Shown: one piece after another, positions 48,605-62,249 of the stretch
How the letters are laid out: every line of letters begins with the position of its first letter
Position numbering within the stretch: the stretch's first letter is position 1
Source of the DNA: Felis catus
Taxonomy: Eukaryota
DNA: 64,000 bases
Assembly: GCF_018350175.1 (NCBI RefSeq)
Contig: NC_058373.1
Location: 117,616,001 to 117,680,000 of the forward strand
Direction: 5' to 3'
Translations under genes and position numbers: made by a program
The notes under the pieces: generated by a model
Told to the model about the DNA's origin: nothing
Seen by the model: the letters and a program-made list of their open reading frames with translations, nothing else
Database searches by the model: none

Positions 48605-48971
48605 ATGATCCAGTGAAATTTAAGGATTACAACTCGTGTGACTTTCTTTTTCCCCCACAGGCTTGGGGGCATTTTCACACTCATTTTGATTACTGAGCAT
48701 TGCACCCCGCTCCTGAGAGACAAACTTATTATTTAGACCTGGCAATTCTTTTGTTGAGGTTACTATCAAAACTTGCTGGCCTGGGAGCCATTTTGACCCT
48801 GTCTGGTGACCTTGCGTATCACTGCTGTGCTCCATTAGGCAACAAAGTTACAATTTAACTCCCCGAAGGCTAGCTTTTGTCCCTCCTTCTTTGGGATCCC
48901 CTCAGTGTTGAAAGCCACCACCCCCCCACCCATACCTTCCTAGTCACAGAAAGAAATGGGGGGGGGGGGGC

Positions 48972-49187
48972 GGGGAGCCTGGGTGGCTCAGTCGGTTTAG
49001 CGTCCGACTTCAGCTCAGGTCATGATCTTGCAGTCTGTGAGTTCGAGCCCCGTGTCGGGCTCTGTGCTGACAGCTCAGAGCCTGGAGCCCGCTTCGGATT
49101 CTGTGTCCCCTTCTCTGCCCCTCCCCGCTTGTGCTCTGTCTCTCTTTCTCTGTAAAATAAATAAACATTAAAACTTAAAAAAAAAAA
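48972..49187 (+). mobile_element. Can-SINE
   Basis: SINE body and tail. Confidence 0.92.
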
Positions 49188-49530
49188 TTTCGCGAATTCT
49201 TTTCAAATAAGGATACCCAGGGCTGGCAACAGTGGTGTAAGGTGGGGTCTTATCTTCTACTGGTGACACTTTAAATTAGTACCAACTTTTTGGGAAGCAA
49301 TCTGGCAGTTTATATCAAAAGCCCTTAATATGCTCTAACCTTTGACCTTGCTACTTTGCTTCTAGGAATCTATCTTAAGGAACAAACCAGGTTTCTGCTA
49401 GAGGACATGCATTGGGCTGTTGGTAAACCAATCGTAAAGCAAAATGTTGAACAACACCAAAACCTGTTATAGAAATAATGGTACATGTGTGCAGCAGAAT
49501 AGCAAGAAATGTTAAAATATCATGTTTTCA

Positions 49531-49761
49531 GGGCGCCTGGGTGGCTCAGTCGGTTAAGCGTCCGACTTCAGCTCAGGTCATGATCTCACGGTCCGTGAGT
49601 TCGAGCCCCGCGTCAGGCTCTGGGCTGATGGCTCAGAGCCTGGAGCCTGCTTCGGATTCTGTGTCTCCCTCTCTCTCTGCCCCTCCCCCGTTCATGCTCT
49701 GTCTCTCTCTATCTCAAAAATAAATAAATGTTAAAAAAATTTAAATAAAATAAAATAAAAT
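49531..49761 (+). mobile_element. Can-SINE
   Basis: TSD aaaatatcatgttttca. Confidence 0.95.
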
Positions 49762-49879
49762 AAAATATCATGTTTTCAAAGGAATTACACAAAGAACTTC
49801 TTATAATACAACATGAAAGGGGGAAGCCCAGGGTTCAAAAAGATAGAGGGACTACCTGACCCGAGACCTGACTCCAAAA

Positions 49880-50950
49880 TGTAAAACCACTTTCCAACTA
49901 AATAAGACCATCACCCAATTAAAGGGGGCTGAAGATTTGAAGACGCTCCACCCCCGAAAAGCATGCAAATGACCAAGAAGCACATGAACAGATGATCCGG
50001 GGCAGCAGGCATCAGCGAAATCCCAGTTAAACCAGTGAGACTGTTCTACATACCCATCAGCATGTCTACAACCACAAAGGGGAGTACTAAGTTTTGCAAA
50101 GACGTGGAGTCAGTAGAACTCTCATTTACAGCTGGCAAGAGTTTAAAATAGTCCAACCGCCCTAGAGAATAGTTTGGCAGCTTCTCCTAAGGTGACACAT
50201 ACTCTTACCGCATAACCCAGCAACCCCGCTCCTAGGTATTTCACCAAGAGAAATAAAAGTGTATGTTCACAAAAAAAACCCTTGAATGTGAAGACTCGTC
50301 ATCGCTTCATCAAAATGGAAAGCCATGGGGCGCCTGGGTGGCGCAGTCGGTTAAGCGTCCGACTTCAGCCAGGTCACGATCTCGTGGTCCGTGAGTTCGA
50401 GCCCCGCGTCAGGCTCTGGGCTGATGGCTCGGAGCCTGGAGCCTGTTTCCGATTCTGTGTCTCCCTCTCTCTCTGCCCCTCCCCCGTTCATGCTCTGTCT
50501 CTCTCTGTCCCAAAAATAAATAAACGTTGAAAAAAAAAATAAAAAAAAAAAAATGGAAAGCCACCCAAATGCCCACCGACAGGCGAATGAACAAACAAAC
50601 CGTGGCTCCTTTATATACCAGAATATTGCTCAGCAATAAAAAGAACAGACTAGCGATTTATACAACAAGCTGGAAGAAACTCGAAAATGTTATGCCAGGA
50701 AAAAGAAGCCAGACCCAGAGTGCACATGCTGTGTGTTCTGTGTATATAAAAACCCACAACAGGCAAAACTAGAAGTTCCTCGGGGTTGGGTAAGGAGGGG
50801 GGTGTCAGGATTGGCAGGGAAGGGGAACAAAGGAAGTTTCTGGAGATGGAAACGCACTACATCTTGACTGTCATGGGTTTGTTCAAACTTGGTGAGCTGT
50901 ACACCTAAAAGGAGCGTATTTTATTTTATTTTATTTTATCTCGATAAAGC
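49880..50950 (+). mobile_element. Old L1M 3' portion, interrupted by a SINE
   Basis: acccagcaaccccgctcctaggtatttcaccaagagaaataaaagtgtatgttcac and L1 3'UTR motifs. Confidence 0.75.
50327..50549 (+). mobile_element. Young Can-SINE
   Basis: TSD aaaatggaaagcca. Confidence 0.95.
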
Positions 50951-51375
50951 ATTTTTGCTTAAAAATAGGTTATAGAGAATTCCAGTAAAAAACAGCACAT
51001 TAACTACATGCACCTCTCTTTGAGATCCCACTAAGTGATAGTAAAGAAAAAAAGAGCGAGTAGGGGGCCCAACTTCAAAAGACGTGGCCAAGCTGGACAT
51101 TGGATGGGCTGGTGGTAACTGACCCAGTGGGGTGATGAGTCCCCCAACCTAGAGCACATTCGCTGGGTGATTCGACCAAAAAGGAAGAAGCCTGGACACT
51201 CAGCAGCGTCAGTGTGAATCAGGGCAGGGGTGAGGCTAGGAAGTGACTGCAGAAGAATTCATTGACTATCTGTAGGTGGGACAGTCTATTCCCATACCCT
51301 GCCATGCTTTGGCACAGAAAGCTGTCAAGTGCCCCTTAAACCACCCCTGATAAGACACCAGTGTGTTCCCCTCTT

Positions 51376-51566
51376 TTTTTTTTTTTAATGTTTATTTATT
51401 TTTGAGAGAGAGAGAGTACGAATAGGGGAGGGACAGAGAGAGAGGGAGACACAGAATCCAAGGCAGGCTCCAGGCTCTGAGCTGTCAGCACAGAGCCCAA
51501 CGCGGGTCTCAAAGTCACAAACCGCGAGATCATGACCTGAGCTCGACTGAGCCACCCAGGCACCTC
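51376..51566 (-). mobile_element. Can-SINE with a small internal deletion
   Basis: TSD gtgtgttcc(c/a)ctctt. Confidence 0.9.
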
Positions 51567-51679
51567 GTGTGTGTTCCACTCTTAAACATGCACACACACA
51601 GATGTATCAATATAAAAGACCCAAATTATAGGAACTCTCCAAGTATATCAACATTCTTTAATGTTTACTCTTTTTCATT

Positions 51680-51880
51680 GTTCTTTTAATGTCTATTATT
51701 TATTTTTGAGAGAAAAAGACAGTGTATGAATGGGCAGGGGCAGAGAGAGGGGGAGACACAGAATCTGAAGCAGACTCCAGGCTCTGATCTGTCAGCACAG
51801 AGCCTGACGTGGGGCTTGAACCACAAGATCAGACCTGAACTGAAGTCGGTGTTTAATTGACTGAGCCACCCAGGCACCCC
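51680..51880 (-). mobile_element. Can-SINE
   Basis: SINE body. Confidence 0.88.
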
Positions 51881-51884
51881 GAAA

Positions 51885-53700
51885 GTAAATCAAAATTTTA
51901 GAGGACAGAAAAGATAAGGAAATCAAGACTCAATCCAGAAACTCCATATTCAAACATTAGGGTTCCAGGGAGAACACAGAAAACCCAGAGAAGAAATTAT
52001 CAAAGACATAGCACAACAAATTTTTCCAGAGCTGAAGGACGTAAGCTTCCAGAACAAAAGGACCCTCAAATGCCCAGCACCGTAACTGAAAAATGACCTG
52101 TGTTTGGGACATGACTGAAAATTTCAGAATCCTGGGGATGAAGATAAAAACCTGAAACTTTCCAGGGTGTAAAAAATAAGCCATCTGCAAGGGAATTGGA
52201 ATCAGGATGGCCTGAGGTTTCGCATAAGCAGTAAGGGTGAATTTCAACGTTCTCAGAGTGAATTGCCCTGAATCTCAAATTCTATACCTGACAGAAACAC
52301 CGCTGGAGTGTTACGGTGGAATATTCAAGGGCTCAAAAAATTTACCTGGTTCACACCAAGCTTCTGGAAGTTACTTTATGGACTGCAACTAAACAGAAAC
52401 CTAGATGAAGGAAAACATGGCATCCATGAGAAAGATGTGGGAAAGAGAGGGATTCTCAGCCGGGACTGTGCAGCAGGCTTGCGGCAGGCAGTGTAGATCA
52501 GAGCAAGACAAGACCTCTGGAAAACAACATACTTCCTGGGTTACCTGGTTGGATGGAACATTTGGGGTGAAATAGAGAATTTGCTAAAGATAAAGCAAAC
52601 AGACTAGGGAGACCTGGGCAAAACAGAGCCATTCAAGCAGCAAATGCCCCGTGGAGCCTGCGGTGAACCATAGTGACACAGCCTCAGCGACACAAACACT
52701 GTTTACTGATTCTCAGTTTTCCAGAAGAACCTACAGGGAAGATGGAGAACTTAATCGTTACATGTAGAGCACCATGTAAATCCTGACACTGAAAAAGCCA
52801 AAGGACTGGAGACTGAAGTTGATCCATGGAATACGGGGAGGGAACCTGAGAAAGGGCAGGTGGTGGGGAGGGTTATTATCCTCCCCGTAGTAAACGAAGA
52901 GTCAAAAATAACTGGGTAAGGTTGATAGAGCAAGATTAAAAAGATGTGAGTCTGTTGCTTGTAGCGAAAAGTAACCAGCAGGGGAGTTATCACCGTGAAG
53001 GAGATGGGGACAGAGAAGCCACATCATGAGAACAGGAAGTCTAAGGGATAATGTCTAACACTGATAAGCAGGAAATAGTGGTGGACCCCTGGCAACTAGA
53101 GATGCAGGCTGACATAACCACCAGAAGAAAATACCAGAAGGGCTAAAAGCAGCTGCCTCTGAAGATCAGGACTAGGGATGGGAGGAGGTAGACAACGGAG
53201 CTGCCCTTTATCCTAAACTCCTATACTTACCATTCCTATTTGATCATGGGCACATATTACTTCATAAATCTTCTTCATGTTTCTTTATTTTTGAGAGACA
53301 GAGAGAGACAGCACAAGCAGGGGAGAGGCCGTGAGGGAGAGGTACAGAGGATCCGAAGCGGGCTCTGCGCGGACAGCGGAGAGTCCGACGCAGGGCTCGA
53401 ACTCACGAACCATGAGATCATGACCTGAGCCAAAGGTGGACACTGAGTCTGACCGAGCCACCCAGGCACCCCCTCCCCAAAAAACACTCAAAAGAACTGT
53501 AAACAGCATACAGTTGCCAATATTCTAAAACACACAGAAATAAATTCATAGAAAGAAAAGACTTGAAGGAAATATAGTACCTATGTCTGGGTGGAAGCTG
53601 TTTTGTGCTATTTAGTCTCTTCTTTATACCCTTCCATTTTTCCAAATGTCCTATAATGAGCACCCATTAATTTATAAACAAAACAATGCTATATAAAAAA
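51885..53700 (+). mobile_element. HAL1 / L1 ORF1-like ancient element
   Basis: Decayed ORF1-like text (agaagaaattatcaaaga...tttccagagctgaaggac...tcaaattctatacctg), then gggctcaaaaaatttacct; no ORF2 seen. Confidence 0.55.
53275..53472 (-). mobile_element. Can-SINE
   Basis: SINE body. Confidence 0.88.
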
Positions 53701-55111
53701 TCAAAACAATGTTTAGAAACCAGTTTTACAAGACACTGGAAATGAAGCGAAGGAAACAAAATTGAACATAAAAATAAATTCAATTATTTACAACAATATG
53801 CATGAAAATAGATTTAAGAAAATAGTGACAGTGATTATCGGGATGGTAGGATTATGGGTGATTCTTTTTTCATCTTATCTTTCCTTTTTTTCCCCCAATC
53901 TACTTTTTTCATAGTAAGCATGTTAAACCAGGTTTGGCTAGAGAACTCAATTTCATCTTTCCATTGGCTTCAGACCAAAATAATTATGTAATGCCTCTGC
54001 GTGGTGCTGACACCTAGAAAGCCCTCAGTGAGCACTTGTGGCATTAACAGAACTAAATGTAAATAATGTAAATGAGGTTCTCTCGTTTTTGATTCTAATT
54101 GAGCCATTGGACTTCAGCAGCTCAGCATTTACATGGTGCCCACTGCACCCAGTGACCTGCAGGGGAGGCTGTGTGGGCGCAGGAAGTGGAGGGTGCTGGC
54201 CCACTCTGATCTTGCCATGTGGCAGACCAGTTTGCAGAAGAGAAGAAACAGCCACATGTCAAAAGGAGGGAAAACGTGCCCGGAGCTATAGTGAATGGGT
54301 ACATCTAGGCCGAAGGGGTGGGTATGCTTTCTAGGCCAGCCCCACCTTGGAAATCCTTGGTGGAATCCTCAATGGCAGCCTCTCCTTTCCCTGCCTGCTT
54401 CCCCTCCCAATGCCCAGTTCCCCTTCTGCCAGAGAGAACCAACAGAGGCCCTGGGAAGCCAGTTCCCCTGCTCTTCCCCAGCCCCAGGAGGTAAGAGTCC
54501 TCTGAGACAAGGATGGAAAGCAACAAACACCGGGGATTCTTGATCACCCAACCACACTTGACTCCAGGGGAGCTAAGCTTAATCAGTCTTCCTATGGAGA
54601 AGCGAAGAAGCCGATAAGAAGGAAAAGAAGTATAGAGCACCCTGAGCTCTCTCTGAAAATGCTCTCCAAGGGAAGGCTGAGAAGTACACCGTGCATTCTC
54701 CGGCCAAGTGCATCCACAAGACTCTCCGGTGATTCCAGCCAAATTTGCTCATTCCCAAGTGACTGTCAACAACAAGGCAACAAGAAACGCATGGCATCGA
54801 CATGGACGCGTGGTGATCTGTATTTCAAGCACTGGAAGTTCCTTGGCCGCCCCACCTCCGCCTGCAATTGCATGGCGACCAAAGTAAATATAACAAGATG
54901 TTAAATGGAACGTTTGGCCTGAGGCCCCACGACACAATAGACACGGCATTCTAATGTGGTGCCCGGAAGAAGATGCAAATTTTCAAGGTAAGATCCTAAA
55001 ACTTGTTACCAAACTTGAACTTCTCACTGACACTCACAGTGAGGGTATGAAATGGTCTGGCTCTTAGAGATTAAGGGAAAGGATTTGTAGAGAAGATTTC
55101 TTTGGGGGGGA

Positions 55112-55142
<31 letters not shown>

Positions 55143-56769
55143 CCGATGTGCTGTAAGCCTCAACACTTCCAAGAGGGAGGATCGGAGGTGCCTCTTTCTC
55201 TTCTCAAATCTCATGAAAGGGGCTTCAGAAATCTTGGGTCATGTCCCCTGGCACTGGAGTGATACAGTGGATCCATGTTGGATTCCAGACTGGAAATCTA
55301 AAAGGCAGGGAGAGATGGGCTGGCTGGGCTTCTCCCAACAGGAATGGAAGCAGATATTTCTGCATCCTAGAGACTGACCTACAAATCCCATGGTACGCCT
55401 GGGCAGGGACACCTGAGTGCTTCCCTTAGACCGGTTGCAAGCCCATGATGCAAGAGAGAACAGGCATGGTCAGGTTGGCCCCTGTCCAAGAAGGCCTCCT
55501 TGAGGGGTTAATAATCCTCAGTAAGGAAAAGCTGAAATGATCTCCAGTTCCTATGAGTGTGAGAAGTGTTGTAATGAGCTGGAGGAGAATGGCTGCCCAG
55601 GAGAAGGAACTGGGAGAGAAGAAAGAAGCCTACTGTCGTCATCCCTTCACCAACCACAGGCTTCCTGCCTGCAGTAGCCATGCTGAGGAGTTGCACAGTT
55701 GGTATTGCAAGGGTCTGGGCATTCTGATTCCTGGGTTGAGACCGTGTCTGGTGACTTAGCCTGACTGCAGGACTTTTATTGTCTAAGAAGGAGCTGAAAA
55801 GACGGGGAACAGCCTGAATTTCCATCCAGTGAGAAGGAAGAACTTTACTCCACGAATACCTTTGAAAAAGACAAGGGAAATGAAAATAACATTGCCTTCT
55901 ACTTCCTTGTCAGGGGTTCTCATTGCTCCAAATCCACATCATGCCCTCTGCCACGGAATCCACGGCTCTCCAAAACCAAAGAACGCTCTCTCCCCACACC
56001 TGAACCCAGTTCCAGTCCTTTAGATAGAGCCATAGGCTGACTAGTGCAAATATCCCAAGGGATGAAAGAGGCAATCCTAAGGAAAGCAAGGTAGCATTGC
56101 GAATGTGAGACACCCTGCAACAGAAGGGGTAAGGCCGCCATTACTGTTTTCGGGACCTGGATATTCTGCAGTGCCAAAACAGGAGGTCCAGAAAGTTCTA
56201 CCAGCTCTACCAGCAGCACCAAAAGGAAATAACCACGGATGGAATTATGATTCAGGACAGGGGTGGGGAGGGGAGAAGGAGAGAAGGAAACTAATGTCTT
56301 GGTGAGCACTTCACATGTACCAGTAACTTTTATGCAGGTCGTCTCATTTCATTTTTGCCACCGTCACACGAGAAAACACCATTATCCCCATTTTGCAGAG
56401 GAGACACTGGGACTCGTAGAAGTTACGTGAGTTGCTCTCGGTCATTGTCTTGTTTGTAGGGCCCACCTGCCTTCCACCGCACTAGGCTGCCGCTCTATAT
56501 TGTTACATGTTTAGGTTGTGGCTTTAATGAGCAAACAATGCCAGGAGCTACGGGATGCTTGGCTGATAGTTCTATGAATGATGCCAGAAAACCAGTACAG
56601 GAAGACAGTGGGCCAAACCCCAGAATTCAGGTGCTTCCAAGGGACTCCCTCCCATAGCCCTTTGCTAAGAGAAGCAGATCCTAGACACCTGATGCCTCAT
56701 CCCCAACCACTGTGCCGACTGACCCAAGGTCTCCAGCCTATATATGGCCACAGACCCAGGAAGGGATCT

Positions 56770-56945
56770 TGTATCAGTCAGGGTTCCCCAGAGAGACAGA
56801 ACCAATGGGAGATTATATATATGTATGGAGGGGGGGGGGGGGAGAGAGATTTATTCCCCAGAGAGACAGACCAATGGGAGATCATATATATATGTATGGA
56901 GAGAGAGAGAGAGAGATTTATTATAAGAAATTGGCTCACACAGTT
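56770..56945 (-). mobile_element. MLT2 (ERVL) LTR terminal fragment with an internal ~70-bp tandem duplication
   Basis: tgtatcagtcagggttccccagagagacagaaccaat...gagatttattataagaaattggctcac. Confidence 0.8.
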
Positions 56946-57061
56946 TTAAAGGGACTCACAGGAACTAGAGAGCCTTCCAGTTCCTGAACTATTCTAATAT
57001 CCAGGAAGCCTGGTGATTTAGTCGTTTTGCCTTCCCATGAGATACCTGTCTTCCTTTAACA

Positions 57062-57283
57062 CAAGCGTCAACAAAGTATGGCCCGTGGGTCAAATCCAGC
57101 CTGCCACTTGCTATTGTAAATAAAGTTTTATTGCAACACAGCCACGCCCATTCCTTAACAATATCATCTATGGCTGCTTTCACATCACAGCGACGAAGTT
57201 GAGTAGCTGTAACAGAGACCACAGAACCCATAAAGCCTGGAATATTTTCAATCTTGCTCTTTATAGGAAAAGTTCACCTTCAG
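57062..57283 (+). mobile_element. MER58A-like hAT/Charlie MITE
   Basis: tatggcccgtgggtcaaatccagcc...gtaaataaagttttattgcaacacagccacgcccattc. Confidence 0.85.
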
Positions 57284-57287
57284 GAAA

Positions 57288-57505
57288 TGTTTATTACTGA
57301 GCTCTTTCTATATGCCAGACACTGTTCTCCATGCTTTGCTTGCAAAATCTCACGTAGCTCTCACAAAGCGCCTATGAGATTCATCTAGTCCTCTCATCCT
57401 CAAATTTTACAGATGAGGAAACAAAGGCTGAGAAAGGCTAAGAACAGTTTGCTCCAGGTCGTGAGTGCTGGATTCGAGCCCAACAGCCTGATTTTGGAGT
57501 CTGTT
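57288..57505 (-). mobile_element. MIR
   Basis: attttacagatgaggaaacaaaggctgaga core. Confidence 0.75.
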
Positions 57506-57510
57506 CTTTT

Positions 57511-57752
57511 TTTTTTTTCTTTTTAATTTTTTTTTCTTTTTAATTTTTTTTTCTTTTTAATTTTTTTTTAATGTTTATTTATTTTTGAGACAGAGAGAGA
57601 CAGAGCATGAACGGGGGAGGGGCAGAGAGAGAGGGAGACACAGAATCGGAAGCAGGCTCCAGGCTCTGAGCCATCAGCCCAGAGCCTGACGCGGGGCTCG
57701 AACTCAGGGACAGCGAGATCGTGACCTGAGCTGAAGTCGGACCAGGCGCCCC
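57511..57752 (-). mobile_element. Can-SINE with patterned tail and an internal deletion near its 5' end
   Basis: TSD tggagtctgttctttt; tail has ~3 copies of ttttttcttttta(a). Confidence 0.92.
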
Positions 57753-58229
57753 TGGAGTCTGTTCTTTTAACTTGTAAAGTTACGCTGCCTCCTGCCACTG
57801 TGTGTTCCAGGTACCTTCACAATAAATACCTTGACAGAATACAAGCGTTTTTATGCCAGAGACCTTTTTTTTTTCTTTCTTAAAAAAAAGAAAGTTCTAA
57901 AAGGATTTGCGTTAACATTTTTACCCAGAGTTAACATCCAAGAAGCGCTGGCAGCGGGGCAGGGTGTATGTGCTGTGGCTGAACCTCCAGGCTGTGACTG
58001 CAGTGAGTGGCTTGCTGACATTCCAGTCCCCAAGACCTGGGCAGAGTTGAACAGAGGGCAGCGGATGGTAATGGGGACCTCGTAGAGGCTGTGATCCCCG
58101 GTGGCGGCATCGTTGCCAGGAAATGATCTTCTGCCATATTGAGGTGAGCTGAGGTGGGGGGGTGGGGGAGGGCGCTCCTTGCAATCGAGAGTCTAACAGA
58201 CATTCCGAAGGTATAAGTTGTACCACCAC

Positions 58230-58264
<35 letters not shown>

Positions 58265-58734
58265 TAGCTACTAAGACCAAATCAAAGCTGGAGAAAGGAG
58301 ATTCATAAGTCGTTCTTGGTTTCTGCCTCCTGCCACAACGTTTGGCTGCCTGGAATTTGATTGCTGCTTTAATGGGAGTAAGCAGGAGTAACATTGAAAT
58401 ATTTTACACCTGTTGTGGCCCACGTACCCACCCCCCCCCCACCCATACCTCCTCCCCATCGGTCAGGAGAGATGCTGGTCCAGGGCAATGTGAACCCCTT
58501 GTGTAACAGGTGTCAACCCTTTAGTGACTGGAATGCGCAGAGGTTGGAGGGGGTCCTCAGGGAAGAGGGTCCTGGGTCAGGATACTAGAGAGAGGTGCGG
58601 GAAGCAGCCGTTTGCCAACCGGGTAGAAGAGTTTCCTATTTTGATACACAATACGGCCACACCTGTGCATCTTAGCTGACCATCAGCTCAGAGCAGACAG
58701 TCATAGACTTTGACCCTAAAGATCACTTCGATTA

Positions 58735-58990
58735 GCTTTGGCCAAACATTCCTGTTCATCTGAATCACCTGATGTGCTGCTTAAAAATGCAACTGTCTAG
58801 CTCTCTTTGCTAGAGGTGCTGGAAGTCTGTATTTTTACCGCCACCCTATAACCCGTACGATCTGAGATGTTCAGAAGACAGTAATCTAATCCAGCGTTTC
58901 TCAAACCTCTCTGGTGACCAGAAACAAATTCCTAGGCCCACCCTACCTCGTCTGAACCAGAACTTCCAGAAGAAGGGCCAGGGAAGCTGA
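58735..58990. mobile_element. MER5-like DNA transposon remnants
   Basis: gaatcacctg...taaaaatgca; cagcgtttctcaaac...attcctaggcccacc. Confidence 0.5.
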
Positions 58991-59064
58991 GTCACACAGA
59001 GGATATTGTTCTATTATAAGGGAAAGGGCTGGTAGTGAAGGTGGAACCCGAACCCAAACCTTCT

Positions 59065-59259
59065 TTTTTACAAAAAAAAAAATATTTATTTATTTTTGGG
59101 AGAGCAGGGGAGGGGCAGAGAGAGAGGGAGACAGAGGATCCGAAGCGGGCTCTGCACTGAGAGCAGAGAGCCCGATGAGGGGTTCGAATTCACAAACGGA
59201 AAAGATCATGACCCGAGCCGAAGTCCAACACTTAACAGACTAAGCCACCCACGTGGCCC
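59065..59259 (-). mobile_element. Can-SINE
   Basis: SINE body. Confidence 0.88.
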
Positions 59260-61259
59260 AAGAACCAAAATCTTCTAACTGCCCGGGCCAGTAGTTTATC
59301 TCCCTGCAGCCCTAGAAAATTGTGCATGTTTGTTAACCATCTATGAACCCTCCTAACAGGGTAGGATTTTGTAAGGTGAGTATTTTGACCCTTACTTTAC
59401 AGAGGAGCCCAGAGCAGGTAAATGACTTATTTACGATCCAACCACTCAAACAGAGTGGAGCAAAGATTCCGAGCAAGGTCCTCCTGCCCCGTGCGAAAGC
59501 CTGCATTTCCTCTCTAGCACGCCACGTCTCCAGCAGGAGGTCTGCTATGATTCAGACACACCTGCAAGAAGCAAAGACATTTCCCCTCACTTATCGACTG
59601 CAGAGGAAACAAAAAGCCTAGGTCAAACTGCACCCTTGGGCAAACTCCTGCACAGTTCTTTAGTTAGCTGATTGCTTCCCCCAGCCTTCTAGAAAGATCT
59701 TAAGTTCTATTTATAGTTGACCCGCAGAGCACCAGTTCTCTCCTTCTTCGGCTCCCGGGGCCCCCCTCGTTAGGCTATCACAGCTCTGCTCTTCTGAGTG
59801 TGGGCAGAGTGGGGATTAAAAAACTTTCGCTGGTTACCCAAAATCCATGATAACATCACACGGTCTTTCACCAGCTGTGCTAGGAGGGAACCACCTTCTC
59901 CCTCTCCTGAACTGCTTGCGTATTTAGAAGTTAATTGCCCAAACCTCAGTTCCGTTGAATTAATTGCCTCTTCAGCTGACCTCTCCTCCTCTGGCCTGTA
60001 GTGGGAGTATGAAGGGAAGTAAGGCAAGGGGTACCTTCTCATGCGAGGAAGCCCTCACAGTATGGGTATCACCACATGGTGACTTGGCTGCCCTCTGGAG
60101 CTCGCCTCGGTCCATACATCTTCCACCTGAAGGCTTAAATCTTTCCAGGGTGGCCAGGCCCATATCTCTGGTCAGTAGTCATGCTTGAAAGCCATCCAGA
60201 AATAGTGACTGAGTTGCCCTTAACAGCCGTATTTTCATGGTCTTTGCTAAGCATGGTATCGCCCATAAATGATTCATGGGGGGACTCGAAGTGCATTTTA
60301 TTTGCTAATAACCATCTCTCTCTGCCAGGCCATTACAGATGAACTAAGATACCAAGGAGTGGTGAACCTTCATGAAAGATTACCCGCTGTGTGCCCAAAA
60401 TGACCACACTGACCTTAGCAATATTAATCCCTGGCCCAGTTTTGCTGAATATGTCATGCACATCCTCAGGTCATTGGAACTATGGTTCAGTGTATTTTTC
60501 TAGCTATATTAAGTAACCTGTGTATATGGTTTAATCATGAATGGGAAGGTGCAGACGTAAATCACAACCTTTGGATGCTGGACTTGAAAGGTGGTGTGAA
60601 CCATCCTCCTGCATCTCCAAAGGCATTGCCTGAATCATTCCAGACAAATTCATAGGCAACTTCTCGTTTAAAGAAAATCGTAACCCCAGGAAGAAGATGT
60701 CAAACCTTTTTCTGTAATCTGTTTTGTTGTCTAGCAGGCTTCATGAAGGTCCTCACCCTGTTCTGATGGATTTCCTCCTTTTTCTTTTGTGCAGATGGAG
60801 AACAGCCTACCTAGCGAACAAGGCTGATTTGCCATCAGTAAATTATGAAATGGTGCCTGTGTTTACACTTCTATTCTCCATCAAGGCATCTGTTTATTTA
60901 ATTGATGGTCTCTGCCTTCTTTAAAGGTTACTCTGATATTTAGCAGGGTGTTGAGAAGGGTTGAGACGTGATAAATTATGCCCGCATTTACTCTTCCCCA
61001 TGACCACGGCCATCACTGCAAACCCTTGCAGCCTACACTTCATCCATTCCGTGCTGCGCGGGTTGTTTACCACTATGGAAAGTCACCAATGAGCCAATAA
61101 TGCTAAATATAAGGGTCTCTTCTTAGTTCTTACATGGTTTGCACTCTTTAAAACGTGTGTGTGAGGAACACTCAAAGGAACCAGGGTTATACAGTCTGGA
61201 GAAGAGACTCAAAGGAAACGAATACTGGTTTGAAGCATCTGATTTGCTTGGAATGGCTC

Positions 61260-61662
61260 TGTATTAGGTGTTTTTTTGGTTTTTTTTTTTTAATCATTGC
61301 TGTCACAAACATAGTGCCTAGGAGAGGATCTGCTGTCTTGCCTTTTCTGGTTTCTAGAGGCTGTCATATTCCTTGACTCAAGGCCCCTTCCTCCATCCTC
61401 CAAGCCAACAATGGTGGGTCTAAACCTTGTCACATCACCTGACTCTGAAGCTGACTCTTCTGTCTCCTTCCTCTATCTTAAAGGACCTTTGTGATTATGT
61501 TGGACCCATCTGTATAATCCAGATGAATCTCCCTATTTTAAGGTCAGCTGGTTAGCAACCTTGATTCCATCTGCAACCTTAATGCCCCCTTGTCAGGCAA
61601 CATAACATATGCTGAGGACAAGGACGTGGACATCTTTCAGGTGCCAAGATTCTGCCTACTGC
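61260..61662 (-). mobile_element. MLT1D-like MaLR solo LTR with internal deletion
   Basis: tgtattag start; aaggacctttgtgattatgttggaccca...ataatccagatgaatctccctattttaaggtcagctg. Confidence 0.8.
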
Positions 61663-61864
61663 AGCCGCTAACTGGTAGGGTTAGGACCAGTAGCTAGAAG
61701 TTACTGAGAGTCCAATTTCAGTCCCGTCTAAAAGTTCAGGAAATAAGACCTTTTCAATAGTCAGGAGTGCCTAGGAAAACTGCCTTCTATTGAAGGAAGA
61801 TACTGCATTTCCAGTTCCTAAAGGGCTTCAAGTATAGACCAAAGGGCCACTTCATCCTAAATAA

Positions 61865-62215
61865 GTGGTTACTACATGCCAAGCACTCTGCTAAACACTT
61901 GCCACGCCTTCCATCACTTATTCTTCACAAGAGTCCTACTAAATAGAAGTTGCTACTTTAGAGAAGATAAATCTGATGCTCAGAGAGACTCAGATAAGAA
62001 TCTCAGCTCAGCTGGGTATCAGCTGCTTGACCTTAGACAAGTCCCTTCACCTCACCAGCCCTCGGGTTCCCCATCTATAAAGTGGGTAGAATAATGGAAC
62101 CCACCTCGAGGGAGAGTTATAAGGATTAGATGTGTTAATAGTAGCATCTAATTCATGGGTTTGTTGAATCTTGTATAAAATATGTTAGCCCAGTGTCTAT
62201 CTCATTGTAAAGGCT
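61865..62215. mobile_element. Two MIR fragments in opposite orientation
   Basis: Antisense piece ~61865-61985, sense piece ~61995-62215 (gaccttagacaagtcccttcacctc...ccatctataaagtggg). Confidence 0.6.
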
Positions 62216-62249
62216 CTGTAGCCCGCACCATAATGCAGCACCTTACACT

